A stretch of 64,000 nucleotides of DNA from the human T2T-CHM13v2.0 reference genome, Homo sapiens. Under the pieces are notes generated by a model. That model saw nothing but the letters and a program-made list of their open reading frames with translations. It did no database searches and was not told the origin of the DNA. This document shows, one piece after another, positions 1 to 15,325 of this stretch. Position 1 is the first letter of the stretch, and each line of letters starts with the position of its first letter. Location: assembly GCF_009914755.1 (NCBI RefSeq), contig NC_060925.1. One strand, 5' to 3'. The position numbers and the translations under genes are program-made.

Positions 1-1500
<1,500 letters not shown>

Positions 1501-1685
1501 ATAAAATGTGAAGAGACATCTTCTTTGCTTTTCTTTTCTTTCTTCTTCTTTTGAAAGACAGAGCCTTACTCTGTTTCTAAGGCTGGCGTGCAGTGGTGCA
1601 ATCTCGGCTCAGTGCAGCCTCGGCCTCTCAGGCTGAAATGATCCTCCCATGTCAGTCTGCCAGTTAGCTGGAAACACAGGTGTGT

Positions 1686-1960
1686 TGCATGGAATATCTT
1701 TTTCTACCCCTTCACTTTCAGACTACATGTGTCCTTATAGGTGAAGTGAGTTTCTGGAAAACAGCATATAGTATGGTCTTATTCTTTTACTCATTCAACG
1801 ACCCTAAGACTTTCACTTGCAGAACTGAGATATATTGTCTTCATTGTTGTTATTGATAAAGGCTTAGTACTCCCATTTAATTTCTTGTTTTCTGGTTGGT
1901 TAGAGACTTCTCTCTTCCATCCTTCCTTTCTTATTGTCTTTCTTTGTGTTTAAGTAATTT
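1686..1960 (-). mobile_element. Old L1 ORF2 (endonuclease region) fragment
   Basis: gcatggaatatctttttc…tataggtgaagtgagtttct is typical L1M antisense sequence. Confidence 0.6.
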
Positions 1961-1962
1961 TC

Positions 1963-3145
1963 CCTTATGAAATCCTTGGGATGTGACTTTTCTGGCCAGA
2001 AGCCTCTATGGCTGGGGGCACCTTTGCCGGAGTTTTGATGGGGTTCACTGGGTTTGTTCTGCCCACTCAGACTGGTAGACTATGCTTGGCTCATGCTTCA
2101 GGCCTGGATCACATGCCTATTAAGGGAGGGTCAGGACTGGAGCAGTGAGGGGTGTGTGAGTGAGCAGGGGGTCTGGTCACTTTGGACAGTCACTGGCTCC
2201 CGCAGCAGTGGGGCAGGCAGCTCCAGGTGCCAGCACAGGTGCCAGATTTTTGCAAGGCTGCAAATGAACCAGGCACAGCAAAAGCAGCTTCCATGTTTGT
2301 CCCTGGAGTACACAGTGGTGTCTGCTGCTCTTTCCAGGAAAGTCATCTCATCATCTCCACAGCTCTCAGTAGAGAAAAGGCCCCAGAGTGGATTGCTTGT
2401 CTGCAGGAAAATCATCCCAAGAGTGGGTAGTTTCACTCTGCCACTGTTCATCCTGATGTTTTCCCTGAGTCTGGGGCTGTTGGGGCATCATGGGGAAGGA
2501 AGTATGTGCTGCTTGGGTCATAGGTAGCCATTGGCAGGCACAGAAAAGGCACCACATATTCCCACTCTGGTCCATAGCACTGGTGGACCAGCCCACGGGC
2601 TTCAGGCCCCCCTTGGTCACAAGGTAGAGCCTCACCAGGTACCCTCGTCTTCCCATCCAGGAGTCTGTCTGCCTCCCACCACCACCCATGGCGCCCAGGT
2701 CACTTGCATCAAGGAGCATCCAAAGGCCAGCACTGATCTGTCCTCAGCCCCCTCTCAGCCTCCCTCCCATGCTCATCAGGGCCCAAAGCCCAGAGTGTTC
2801 AAGACAGCAGGCAGACGGTGCATCAGCACGAACCTGAGCATGCACACGCTCATCTGGGCTGCCACAGCATACATGCTTGACCCCAACTCCGCTCCAAAAT
2901 TACAGCAGGTGCCAGGAGGGACCACACAGTGGGAGCAGACACCCCCATGCTGCAGGAGAAGGGGAGACCTCCTGAGCCCTCAAGAGCACTGGGGGACCTT
3001 GGTTGGAACTGCGACCTGGGCAGCTTCAGTTGTGCCTTTGGAGCTACTGTCCTGCCAACTCGGGAGGGCCAGGACTCCCTCTTGTCCCAGGATCCCATCA
3101 GGTTCAAAGTGTATGTAGCCTCAGTTATGCCCTCTCTCTGTGTTT
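1963..3145 (-). mobile_element. ERV1 LTR, MER52-like
   Basis: Begins with ...gggatgtgacttttctggccagaagcctct...gcacctttgcc, resembling the antisense MER52 end as I recall it; GC-rich internal sequence. Confidence 0.65.
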
Positions 3146-3799
3146 CTCCACAGAGGTGACAGGTGAGATGCAGGTTCACAGCAGCTCTGGCCAACCCTGC
3201 AAAAACAAACCCAATGCTTCTGGGTCTGGTTGAATGAGCCCCAACTGCACTCTAGTTAAGAATATTGCAGGCTAACAGCAGGCCGTGAGGAGTGAGTTTG
3301 AGGCTTTGTAGAGGCTCCAGACCCGGGAGCGGGTCTCATTAAGCCATGAGAGGGTGTGGGTGGCACAGCTGTCTGCCTCAGGAACACGGGGCAGAGGCCT
3401 GGCTCACAACCCTGCCAAGGTGGGGTGCCTCCAGGAGTGGACCGTGGTCCCCAGACCCAGCAATTAGGAACGTCAGTCTCTGTGGTCACCCCTGTGGGGG
3501 GCAGATCTTGGAAATGCAGCCCCAGGAGGATTAGCACAGAACCTCCCTTCGACACCCAGGAACTTGGCACTGTTAGCAGGGTGGGCACAGTGGCCCCATA
3601 GCTGGCCAGGTCATTGAACTAGGTGCCATTTCTGCTTCCCAACAAAGGCCCCTGTAGCTTGATCCCAGCTCTGCCTACCACCTCAAGCCCATCTTCTCCT
3701 CGGGGCCCCTCTCTGCCCGTCCCTTTGTGCCTGACTGAGCTGCTCCTTGCAGGCGAAAATGTAAGGAAAAAACAGATGACTGAAGAGAAGTAAAGAATG

Positions 3800-4073
3800 G
3801 GTGGAGATCATTGGCACACCCGTAATCCCAGCACATTGGGAGGCCAAGGTCAGCAGATCACTGAAGCCAGGAGCTCAAGACCAGCCTGGTCAACATGGAA
3901 AAACCGCGTCTCTACTAAAAATACAAAAACTAGCAGGCTTGGTGGCACTTGCATGCAATTCCACCTACTAGAGTGGCTGAGGCATGAGAATCACTTGAGC
4001 CCCGAAGGGTAGGATTGCAGTGAGCCCAGATGGGACCACTGCACTGCAGCCTGGGTGACAAAGCAAGATGTTG

Positions 4074-4075
<2 letters not shown>
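3800..4075 (+). mobile_element. Alu (old)
   Basis: Dimeric Alu motifs. Confidence 0.85.
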
Positions 4076-4112
<37 letters not shown>

Positions 4113-4769
4113 AGCAAAGAAAAAGAATGGGTGGGAATTAGATGTTTTGCAGCTGAATCTCAATCACAGACAACAGAGTACTTTGATACTTTTCCATCAG
4201 TAACTCAATAACTAGAGATTTCTGATGTATAAATCGCTAAAACAAGTCAATCAAATACAGAGGACACCAGAAAGTTTTCATTGAGGTTATTTCTGATATT
4301 TCTTGGTAACCGTCCCTGCAGGGATAACATTCTCATCACTGTAGAACTTTAGCTTCTCTTTCTGACTCTGTAGGACATGGGTCCCGTAAGGTCTCATTGA
4401 CTCCACCTCCACATTTTCCTCCAGTCTTGCCCCCTGCTGTTATCTTTTTTCCCTCATACTGAGCACCTGCCTGAAGCAAAGAATTCTGTGCTTCCTGTAA
4501 GTTGCATGTGGCCTGGTCACAATCACTCATGCCAGTAATCCTGGCACTTTAGGAGGCCAAGGCAGGAGAATCCCATGTGCCCAGCAGTTTCAGACCAGCT
4601 GGGGCAACACAGCGAAACCCTGTCTCAAATGTTCTTTAATAAAATTTTAGAATTATTAAAAAAGGAAATAAGAAAAAACAAACATAACTTGCACTTACAT
4701 ACTAGATTTTAGTGTCCAAGTGCCTGGAAGAGAACTTTGGATTTATCAACCCCACTAGGCACGCCTTCC

Positions 4770-6859
4770 CTAGCAGCAAAGATGGAGCTCCAGTTCCTCA
4801 GACGGTGATGAGCCACAGGAAGGGCAGGGAGTGGGACCAGTGAAGATCCTCTTGGGCTGCCTGACTTCCCTCAGTGTACACATCAGCTCAGCCCGAAGTG
4901 GGGCGAAGATCTCCCAATCGACACGAACCAAGGAATTCAAACTCTCCTCAGGGGCAGGATACGTCTCCAGGCTTAACTTGCTCAGCCCACTGGTGTGGCG
5001 CAGCAGGTCCTTCAGGGTGTCCGTAGACATGCAATTTCTGCCAAAGTAGAAGGTGGTGAGCTGGGAGCAGCGGCTCAGGCCAGGCAGGATGGCGCTGAGT
5101 TGGCAGTAGTGGATCTGACAGCCCTCGAAGATGAGGGTCTTGAGAGTGGCAGCAATTTTCTCTAGCAGAGCTCCGAGGGGTTCAAGACTGATGCGGAACA
5201 GCAGCACGTAGCTGAGATTCAGATGCTTTAGGTAGCTGAGGCTTGGGTACTGAGACAGACACTTCATGTCCTCTTCCAATAGGTAGCCACAAGTTAACTC
5301 CAAGTTCTCCAAGGGGTTCTGGAGGCACCTGTGGAGATCAAGAAGTTAGTTCTGGGCAGTGATACCAGTTAGATGAAGGTGGTGGGGAATAACTGAAAGG
5401 GAAATGTCTGCTTCACCCAAACACAAGTTTATTCCCATCATGTGATGATGGTCCACATGCAAGTTGCTCTGTGATGAGGACTCTGATCATTCAGGGGCAG
5501 TCCTAGTTTAGCCTCAATCCTTTCACCATTGCTTGTGTGATTGGTTCAAGGCCACAAAATCACATCACTAAAGCCTCTTTTCTTCATCTTTTAGCAGAAA
5601 ACTTCATCTCTGGGCCACAGGTACCCGGTGGGAGATGTGCATGAAGAACTCAACTGAGCAAGGTCTAGGGTCATCAGCTAGGGCTACCTACTGGAAGGGG
5701 CTCCCTGACGTGCCTGCATCTGCAAACCACCTATCACTTTTTACCACTCTCACGCCTACTCCCTCAGCCTCCATTCAAGAAGCACACATTTCCCATGTCA
5801 GTTACCTTTCCTGGGGTTCAAAACAACCTTTTACAGACAGGGAATAGAGACAGGATCATTTGTGATCACTAAGCTGGTGAGGACAGAGTTTCTACTGTGA
5901 AATGCACAGGTTTGATGCGCTGTCCCTCCTTTCATACCCTCCTCTATTACCTCTTTCCTATCATATCAACTTGAAACACACTTTGTAACAAGAAATTCAC
6001 ATATGCACCCCCCAGTAGAGCTGAAACCCCCACTACCTGGCTTGTACATGATGTAGCTCTCTAGCCTCTACCCCAGGTGACCCCGCTGCCCTCATTGCAG
6101 AGATCCTGTGATAGCCACTCCGGAACATGGAGCACTGAATGGGACAATGTGTTGATATTCTGGTGTCCCCTTCACTGTGATGTCACCACTGGCTGACACA
6201 AAAGTTATGCCTTCTAGCGTTTGCTGTAACAAAAAAAGGCTGTGCTGTGGTCTTCAGAGAAAGTGCACGATCCTTTCTCACCTGATCAGCTGTTCCAGGT
6301 GCCCACTGAAGAAGGTGATCAATTTTACTTTAAGCAATTGGAGGTGTTCCAGCCTGAGGAACACAGGCTGAATTTGGTGAGTAACCATTCCTCGAGGTCA
6401 TTGTCCGAAGAGTAATGATGGCACCTGGAGAAAACGAGTTTGCGAAGATTCTTCATCTCCTTCAGGTAACAATGAAGCTTTCTTATCAGATGCAGCCAGG
6501 ACATGTTGTGAATTTCCAACTCCTGAATACTATTCAGGTGGACTATTTTCAATGACTTTCTAAGATATTTAATGGGTGTTAGATAATTCACCAACTTACT
6601 ACAGCACAGGTGTACTAAAACTCTCCTTTGGTAAACCCACTGGAAGAGGTATCTCAGGCATTCATCTTGGGGTGTTTCCTTGAGGCAGACGTCTATGAAC
6701 ACCTTTAAGGGCTGGTGCTCTCCCATCCTTGGATAGTCCTCTGCTGTCTGCCTCTTACTCATGGCCTCTGGGGAGGAGGACAGGGCCTAGCCTCCAGGCC
6801 ATCCAGCCCAGACATTCTCATCAACATCCAGCAAGTCCAGCACTTGAAGTTTCCACCTC
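4770..6859 (-). pseudogene. PRAMEF32P: 5'-truncated unprocessed PRAMEF pseudogene (PRAMEF1/2-like); exons 6282..6859 and 4770..5328
   Basis: Middle exon is 578 nt (1-nt deletion near 6366) with an in-frame TAG at 6787-6789. Last exon is open. First coding exon and promoter are absent; intron homology stops near 7150. The symbol comes from recalled gene order and is less certain than the pseudogene call. Confidence 0.85.
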
Positions 6860-7148
6860 CTATAGGTAAAGTAAGGGAGAAGCTCAGAATTTAGAAGGAC
6901 CCATCCCTGACTTTTGCTTTCATTCTCATTGCTCCCTGTTCTCTCTCTGACTTTTCTCAGTCCGTTTTCTCTTTTGATTCATACTGCTCCCCACTTCTAG
7001 TCCCTTTACCTTCCACTGGGAAAAAGCAGGTTTCTGTTCCCACAGTGGACCCTGTATGGTGAGCAGTCCTTTCTCTGAGGATCTGGACAACGGCCAAAGC
7101 CTCCTTGAGCTTCCTCACCAGCACCATCAGAAGACTCTGGGCTACCCT

Positions 7149-7981
<833 letters not shown>

Positions 7982-8899
7982 AAAGGGGACCTCCGATCTC
8001 TTCCTGATGCCTCCAGAACCAATGCATCCTGCACTGGCAAGAGTCCCGTGAGCTCTTCTCGATTGCGCCATGGGAAGGCCTCGGGTAAGTCTTCCTGAAT
8101 TCAGATGTCCAGCTCTTAGGTGGAAGATCTCAGAGACTTTAATTCTTCCCAGCTGGTTCTCTCCAAACAGTTTCTGGAGGGGACCTTCTCCATCAGTTCC
8201 AGGTTTTGGGACCCATGGTGCCTTCCCTTCCCTGTTCCCTCTCAGTCCCTGTCCTGGCTCCCTAATTGGGATCTTGGAGGGAATCTCTTTGTTGGTCCTG
8301 GGTTTGAGGAGACTCTTCCAGTTCCCTCCATCTGGACTGGATAGAAGATTCCTCTGAGGACCCCTGCCTAGCAGGGAGACATTCAGGTCAGACTTCTTGG
8401 GTCCATCAGGTTTGGTGAAGATGCTCGCCCTCTAGTGGTGCTTACAGGGACGCCTGTGGTAGGTAAGTGCAGTTATGAGGGCCCTTAGTTCCAAAGGGAC
8501 AGACTCAGACCAGTGGCCATCAGGAACTCCGGTGACTCTTTGTTTAAAGACTGTGTCCTGTATTACATGGGGGGAAATCTATAAAAAACAGATGAAGTTC
8601 ATCCATGTGATGACGGCACTGCCGTGACACACAGGTAGTGACCCCGGCAAAAGGAGGGTGACTTCATCCATATTCAACGTGTTTATATTATTGGTGGCAG
8701 CTCATGTTGACTGCCCGACATTTGCATTGTAGTGGCTATAAAGTGATTTCTGAGCACTATGTGATCAATAAGCATTTACAGCCACCTGCCAGGTTCCATG
8801 CTCTGCTGTGGGACCACAGGGTGACAGAGACACAGTCCCTGCCCTTGAAGAAGCAGTCTCTGTCTACATGAGATTGTCAAGGAAAAAATCATTATCAAA

Positions 8900-9550
8900 C
8901 ACAACCTAGGCACATGGTCCAGCAGCCACGCTCCTTGGCATTTACCCAAATGAGAAAACCTAAAACCTGGATGTTTTTAACCACTACATTCATAATAGAC
9001 AAAACTTAATAGGGACCAATATATTCTTCAGCAGATAAATGGATGAATAAACTGTAGCACATCCTGACAGTGTAAATTATTAAGCCCTAAAAGACATAAA
9101 AAAAACTTAAATGCACATAACCAAGTGAAAGAAGCCAACATGAAAAGGCCACATGACATTCTGGAAAAGGCAAATCTATGGACACAGTAGAAAGCCCAGG
9201 GGTTGCAAGGAGTCAGGGTAGAGTGGGATGGATAGAAAGAGAACAGGTGATTTTTTTAGGGCACTGAAGCTACTCTGCATGATGCTATAAGGGTGAATAC
9301 ATGTCATCCTCAATTCATCAGAACTCATAGAATATACAGCACCAGATGTGAACCCTTAATGTTAATTATGAACTTTGGGTGATAAGGATGGTTCGTGTGG
9401 TTCATGCATTGGAGCAAATGGACCACGCTGGGGCAGGACGTTGATCCTTTAGGAGTCCGCGCTAGAGTGGGGTCATGAAGTATGTGGGAATGATCCACTT
9501 TCTGCTCAACTTCACTGCAACCTTATAACTGCTCTAAGAAAATAAATCAT
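8900..9550 (+). mobile_element. Old L1 (L1MC-like) 3' fragment
   Basis: L1MC-type 3' motifs (aagtgaaagaagccaa, tatgaactttgggtgata). Paralogous copy inverted at about 57620-58290. Confidence 0.65.
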
Positions 9551-9699
9551 ATATCCCTAAAAATATTGCACTTCCTTCCAGCTCCAAAATTGTATAAACT
9601 TAAATATTTTTAAATAAGAGCAATTCTTATTCATTGATCTTCAAAATCAGTTTTGAAGGTGTCATTTTATTTGAGACTCAACACCACATTAAGCATTTT

Positions 9700-10358
9700 C
9701 TAAATATACTTCAAGTTCTGGGACACATGTGCAGAACGTGCAGGTTTGTTACATAGGGATACATATGCCATGGTGGTTTGCTGCACATATCAAGCCATCA
9801 TCTACACTAGGTATTTATCCTAATGCTAACCCTCCCCCACCATCCCTACCCCCCAACAGGCCCCAGTGTGTGATGTTCCCTGTATCCATGTGTTCGCATT
9901 GTTCAACTCCCACTTATGACTGAAAACATGTGGTATTTGCTTTTCTGTTCCTGTGTTAGTTTGCTGAGAATGATGATTTCCAGCTTCATCCATGTCCCTG
10001 AAAATGACCTGAACTCATCATTTTTTATGGCTGCATAGTATTGAATGGTGTATATGTGCCATATTTTCTTTATCTAGTCTATCACTGAAGAGCTTTTGGT
10101 TTGTTTCCAAGTCTTTGCTATTAAGAACAGTGCCACACTAAACATACGTGTGCATTTGTCTTTATAGTAGAATGATTTATAATCCTTTGGGTATATACCC
10201 AGTAATGGGATTGCTGGGTCAAATGATATTTCCAGTTCTAGATCCTTGAGGAATCACCACACTGTCTTCCACAATGCTAGAACTAATTTACACTCCCACC
10301 AACACTGTCAAAGCATGCCTAATTTCTCCACATTCTCTCCAGCATCTGTTGTTTCCTG
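9700..10358 (-). mobile_element. L1PA (older, about PA7/8) 3' fragment fused to U6
   Basis: Typical L1PA 3'UTR/ORF2-end antisense sequence (acatgtgcagaacgtgcaggtttgttacatag…ctagatccttgaggaatc). Confidence 0.85.
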
Positions 10359-10465
10359 AAAAATATGGAACTTGTCACGAATTTGCACATCATCCTTGCG
10401 CAGGGGCCATGCTAATCTTCTCTGTGTCATTCCAACTTTAGTATACGTGCTGCCCAGGCCAACAC
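10359..10465 (-). pseudogene. U6 snRNA retropseudogene, the 5' part of a U6-L1 chimera
   Basis: Reverse complement matches U6 (…ACAGAGAAGATTAGCATGGCCCCTGCGCAAGGATGA…TTCCATATTTTT) and is fused directly to an L1 3' fragment. Confidence 0.92.
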
Positions 10466-10474
10466 AAACATTTT

Positions 10475-10763
10475 CTTTTTTTTTGAGACGGATCTCACTC
10501 TGTCCCCCAGGCTGGGGTGCAGTGGCACGCTCTCGGCTCACTGCAAGCTCTGCCTCCTGGGTTCATGCCATTCTGCTACCCCAGCTTTCTGAGTAGCTGG
10601 GACTACAGGTGCCTGTCACCATGCCCGGCTAATTTGTTGTATTTTTAGTAGAGACGGGGTTTCATCATGTTAGCCAGGATGGTCTCCATCTCCTGACCTC
10701 GTGATCCACCCATCTCGGCCTCCCAAAGTGCTGGGATTACAGTCGTGAGCCACTGTGCCCAGC
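10475..10763 (-). mobile_element. Alu (AluY-like)
   Basis: ctgcaagctctgcctcctgggttcatgccattct diagnostic sequence. Confidence 0.9.
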
Positions 10764-10840
10764 CTACAAACCTTTTTAAAATATTGCACTACATACTTTA
10801 AAATACTAAATTCCCATTATAATTTAAAATTTCAATATAC

Positions 10841-10942
10841 ATATATTCAATATGTATAAAATTATATATATTCAATATGTATAAAATTATGTACGTAAAT
10901 TTATGTAAAAATATGTATTCAATATGTATAAAATTATATATG
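10841..10942 (+). repeat. AT-rich repeat, three copies of TATTCAATATGTATAAAATTAT
   Basis: Directly visible. Confidence 0.8.
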
Positions 10943-12285
10943 AATCACAATATTTATTCTCTATAAACACTTACATAACAGCAGATTTTTGGAGATACCA
11001 CTCAATATCATCCTGTTTGCATCAATAAATTACACCAGATGGTCTGACCAACCAGCAGATGGCACATGAGTCTCATGGGTTGGAAATTTTTATCTCATGA
11101 TCACTAGAGATGAACTCAGTCCTGCCCCACCCATCCCAACCTCTGCTGGCTGCTGAGGCTCTGCTGTTTGGGGGAATCACGATTAAGTGGTGGTGGTGTG
11201 TAGAAGTTGAGTCCCATTGCCTGCCGTGGGTTTCTGCTGCCTCCCTATTATCAGGAATAGAAGGTGAGATTGAAGGGTGAAGAATGCTGGGACTTCTATT
11301 AGGAGGGGGAAAAAAAAAAAGAACAAGATGCATGTATTGAGCTCTTACTGTATGCCACGCCCCATTCCAAGTCCTGACCATACACCATCTCATTGGGTCC
11401 TACGATAGTCTCATAGGGTGGTGGCATCATCATCTTCATTTTACAGGGAAGCTGAGCCTCTTGGCTGTTTCGTGCCCAATAGCACCAGCCCCTGAGTCCT
11501 CGGCAGGGTTCTACACTTAGGTGCCCTTTGTGTAGGGTCCTTCAGCACAGGTGTGGTCATTAATTACCCACAGGCACTTGATCATTATCCACCCTCTAAG
11601 GATGTGTGATTCCTACTACCATGCACTAGTCTTCCTTCACAGGGAGAAAAAGGAGGAGTTAAGAAAAGGTCTTTCATTGATGTTACAGGTATTATATGCC
11701 TACATAATGTCAGCATTTTGCTGAAAGGGAATTTGGATGTCTTTATTGGCCACAACTACTTTAATTCAGCAAGGGCCGCTACCCACCATGACAGGCATGG
11801 GTTAGTGATGCCCTGAGGCTCCTGCTCATACAGTGTGGAGCTCCCCTTCCAGGGCAGGGCCACGCCTTGGGCAGTGAAGTCCTTTCCCAGCACAGGTAAC
11901 GGTCAGGAACTGAGAGCTCTGAATCCACCCATTGAGAGTGAACAGGGTCTCGGCATCAGGACAGAATGAGGGCACCTGAAGGGGCTTAACTTAAGTGGCT
12001 GACACTCACTTTGCACTTAGAATGCTTCAGGCCCTGTGTGCGTCTCTCATGTGCCACTAAATAGGCACAGAGAATAGCAAGAAGGTAACAGGAGGGGGAT
12101 TGATCTAAATGATCAAATTCCATTTTGATGGTTTGATTTCCAGGAGCTGAACCTCATCAGTCACAGACAAATCAGTGCCTTATTAGCTCGATCAGTAACT
12201 GGACTTTTTTAGGTTTAAATTGTTTAATTGTTAAGCCATGTTAAGCAATTACGGAGGACACCAGATAGTTTCCACTCAGTTTCCC

Positions 12286-12291
12286 TTTATT
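12286..12291 (-). terminator. poly(A) signal AATAAA of the PRAMEF8-type gene
   Basis: AATAAA about 315 nt after the stop, at a position homologous to the signals of the other two genes. Confidence 0.65.
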
Positions 12292-12604
12292 TCTGACTGT
12301 TACTTTACAACCATCTGTGCAGGGGTAACCCTCTCATGTGTCTCTCCTCCCTGATTCTCACTCTAGCAATTCAGATTCCCATTTCTGATTCTCTGGGACA
12401 CAGGTCTCTAAAGAGCCCATCCACTCCAAGTCAACTTTTCCCCCAGTCCTGCCCCTCCTGCATCCTCATTCCTTTCCCATTCACACTGAGGAGGCATTTG
12501 AAACGATGGGTCTGTGCTCCCTTTAACATGCACTCATGGCCTAGGTTTCAGCTCCGAAATGACCAGAAGAAAGCTTGAAATATATCCACCCTGATGGCAG
12601 GCAT

Positions 12605-13166
12605 TCAACAGAGGCAGTGACTGGGCTCCAGGTCATAGGAGGCCCTGATGCCACAGCGAGGGCAGGGGACGGTGCAGAACACAATGATCTTGGGCTGCCT
12701 TAAGTCCCTCAGTGTGTTCATCAGCTCAGCCCCAAGTTCAGCAAATCTCCCCCAGCAGAGAGCTCCCTGGGTGTCATAACTCTCCAGAGGGGCAGGATAC
12801 AGCTCCAGGCTTAGCTTGCTCAGCCCGACGGTGTGGCGCAGCAGGTTCTCAAGGGCAGCCATGGAGATGAGGTTCCCACAGAAGCTGAAGGTGCTGAGCT
12901 GGGAGCAGCGGCTCAGGACAGGCAGGATGGCGCTGAGTTGGGAATCCATGATCCCACAGTCCTCTAAGTCCAGGGTCTGCAGGGTGGCCACAACTTGCTC
13001 CAGCAGACCTGTGAGGGGCTCAGGGCTGAAATGGGTCAGCGTGACACCCCTCAGGTCCAGCTCCTTTAATTGACGGATGCTCGGGCACCAAGAGAGATGC
13101 TTCAAGTCCGACTCTGACAGCAGGCAGTCGGTCATAACGACCATCTCCAAGGAGGCCTGGAGACAC
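12605..13166 (-). CDS. PRAMEF8: PRAME family member (PRAMEF7/8 type), last coding exon; full CDS = complement(join(12605..13166,14081..14656,15039..15325)), 474 aa
   Basis: Acceptor ccag|G at 13166. LRR-like repeats ([17 protein letters not shown]), C-terminal CPRCG, TGA at 12605. Exons of 287+576+562=1425 nt join in frame. PRAMEF7 is near-identical; PRAMEF8 was chosen from recalled gene order. Confidence 0.9.
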
Positions 13167-14080
13167 CTGGGAGAGAACAAGAAGGAGTTAGAGGAGAGAG
13201 GTGGGGATGACTTCAGGGTGAGAGATGATGCTCTCCATAACCCAGGGCTGCTCTGCTCATCTGAGGATAGTCAGCACCTGGGGTGTGGGAATGGAGACTC
13301 TGTTCCTTCAGTGCAGTCCCAATCGAGGCTCAGTCCTTCACCATCACCGAGGTGATTGGATCAAGTCCATGAACTCTAAGTCTCCCTTTCCTCATCTGTC
13401 AGGTAGAAAACCACATCTCTGGGCCACAGGAGCCCGATGGAGACACAGGCATAAATGACAAACCCAGGCAGGATCCTGCAACATCAGCTGGGTTGGCCAG
13501 GTTGCAGGAGACCCTGACATGCCTGTACCATCAGCAAACCATCTATCACTTTTACCATTCTTTGCTCCTGCTCCCTCACCCTCTATTCTATCATCATGTA
13601 TTTCCCATACATTAATTACCTGACCTGGAGCTCAAAACAGGGTGCTGACAGGGAAACATAGGATTTTGCCTGTTCACTAGGCAGGTGAGGATAGACCTCA
13701 TATTTTAAAATATAGGAGTGGGATGGGCATTCTCTTTAGTGCCCTCTTCACCTCCCTATTTCCCATCATCTTAACTTAGACACACATCCTCAGGAGGAAT
13801 TCACAAATGCACTCTCGCCAGATCTAAACCCTGCAGTAGCTAGCTTCCTAGCTTGGCACCTTCTCTATAGCATCTAGCCCAGGAGATCCCTCTGACTTTA
13901 TTGGGATGGTTGTGTGATACCCGTATCAGGACAGAGCCACCAACAGGATAATGCATGGATATTCTAGTGTCCCCTCACTCTTACTTCCTCACAGGCTCAC
14001 AGTGCATACCCACTGGTGTTTACTGTAACAAAGAAAGGCTCTGCTGTGGTCTGAAGAGAAAGCTCACCATCCTTCCTCAC

Positions 14081-14656
14081 CTGAGCAGCTGGTCCAGGTG
14101 GCCTTCGAGGAAAGAGACGGAGTGCATAGACAGATTCTGGAAATAGTCCAGCTTGAGGAACTGAGAGGTGAATCGGGCAATGAACTGCCCCTTGTTGTCT
14201 GGGGGAATGCAGGCAGATGCACGGATGTTGAAGAGAACAAGTTTGCGGAGATTCCTCATCTGGCCCAGGTAAGGGGCAAACTTCACAAGAGTGGACAGCT
14301 CCCAGGGGCAGCACACTTCCACCTCCTGGATACAGTCAAGCTCCACCATGTTCAGGACCTCTATGATACTGTGGATGGGCATTCCAAAAACCTGCAGCTC
14401 CTTGCAACACACATGCAGTAAGCCTTTTCTCTGCTTGCCCCACTCTAAGAGGTGGGTGAGGCATTCATCTAGTGTCCTGTTCTTGAGACAAAGGTCTATG
14501 AACACCATGAATGGCTGCTGCCTGCCTGTCCCTGGACAGTTATCTGCTGTTTGCTTCTGACTCAGAGCCTCCGGGAAGGATGCAGTAGCTCCAGAAAATA
14601 TGTCGCAGAAGTTCTCATCCACATTCCTCAAGTCCAGCACTTGAAGTTTTGACTGC
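14081..14656 (-). CDS. PRAMEF8: PRAMEF7/8-type gene, middle coding exon (576 nt, phase 2-2)
   Basis: acag|G acceptor, KLQVLDLRNVDENF...LEGHLDQLL, donor AG|gtgagg at 14081. Confidence 0.9.
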
Positions 14657-15038
14657 CTGTGGGTAAAGGAGAAGAGAGGCTCCAAACTAAGGCAAGGACC
14701 TGAGCTTTTATTTACATCCCAGACATCAGCTGTTCTCCTCTCTGCCACTTTTCCCTCTCTGATTTTGTCCAACCCCTTTTCCCTCCGGATTTTGCCTCAT
14801 CCCCATTGCCTGTAGCTTTCAGAGCCACTAGAAGAGAAGTTTCTGTTTCCTCAGTGGACCCTGCATGGTGAGCAGTCCTTTCCCAGAGGGGCTGGGCAAT
14901 GGCCAAGGCCTTCCTGAGCTTCCTCACTGGCACCATCAGAAACCTCTGGGCCTCCATGGTGCCCCTCCTCCTCCTGAAACAGCTGTCCCTACCCTGGACA
15001 AAAGGGCCCTCCCCACCTGGACACCTGGGTCACCTCAC

Positions 15039-15325
15039 CTGGGGCGAACCTCTTGGGTCAACAGCACATCAACCCCTTCCAGCACAGATTTTAATGACTC
15101 CAGATGAGGCGACTTCATCAGGGACCCTAGAGGGAGGCGGGTGAAAGGCCAGGCCTGCACCATTGTTTTCAGGGTTTCACAGCGTCTCCTGCTGAAGGCC
15201 TCCATGAACAGTGTGGGGAAGAGCTCCCTGGGCAGCTCCTCCATGGTGGAGATGGCCAAGGCCTGGTCCCTCAGCAGCCTCTGCCTTGCCAGCTCCAGGA
15301 GTCTGGGTGGGGCCCTGATGCTCAT
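15039..15325 (-). CDS. PRAMEF8: PRAMEF7/8-type gene, first coding exon (BC-box/Cul2-box region)
   Basis: [18 protein letters not shown]...[10 protein letters not shown]. Acceptor tctag| at 15350, donor AG|gtgagg at 15039. Confidence 0.9.

Noticed and set aside
2054-3233. ORFs of 110-195 aa
   Set aside because: They lie within a GC-rich MER52-like LTR and show no recognisable domain.
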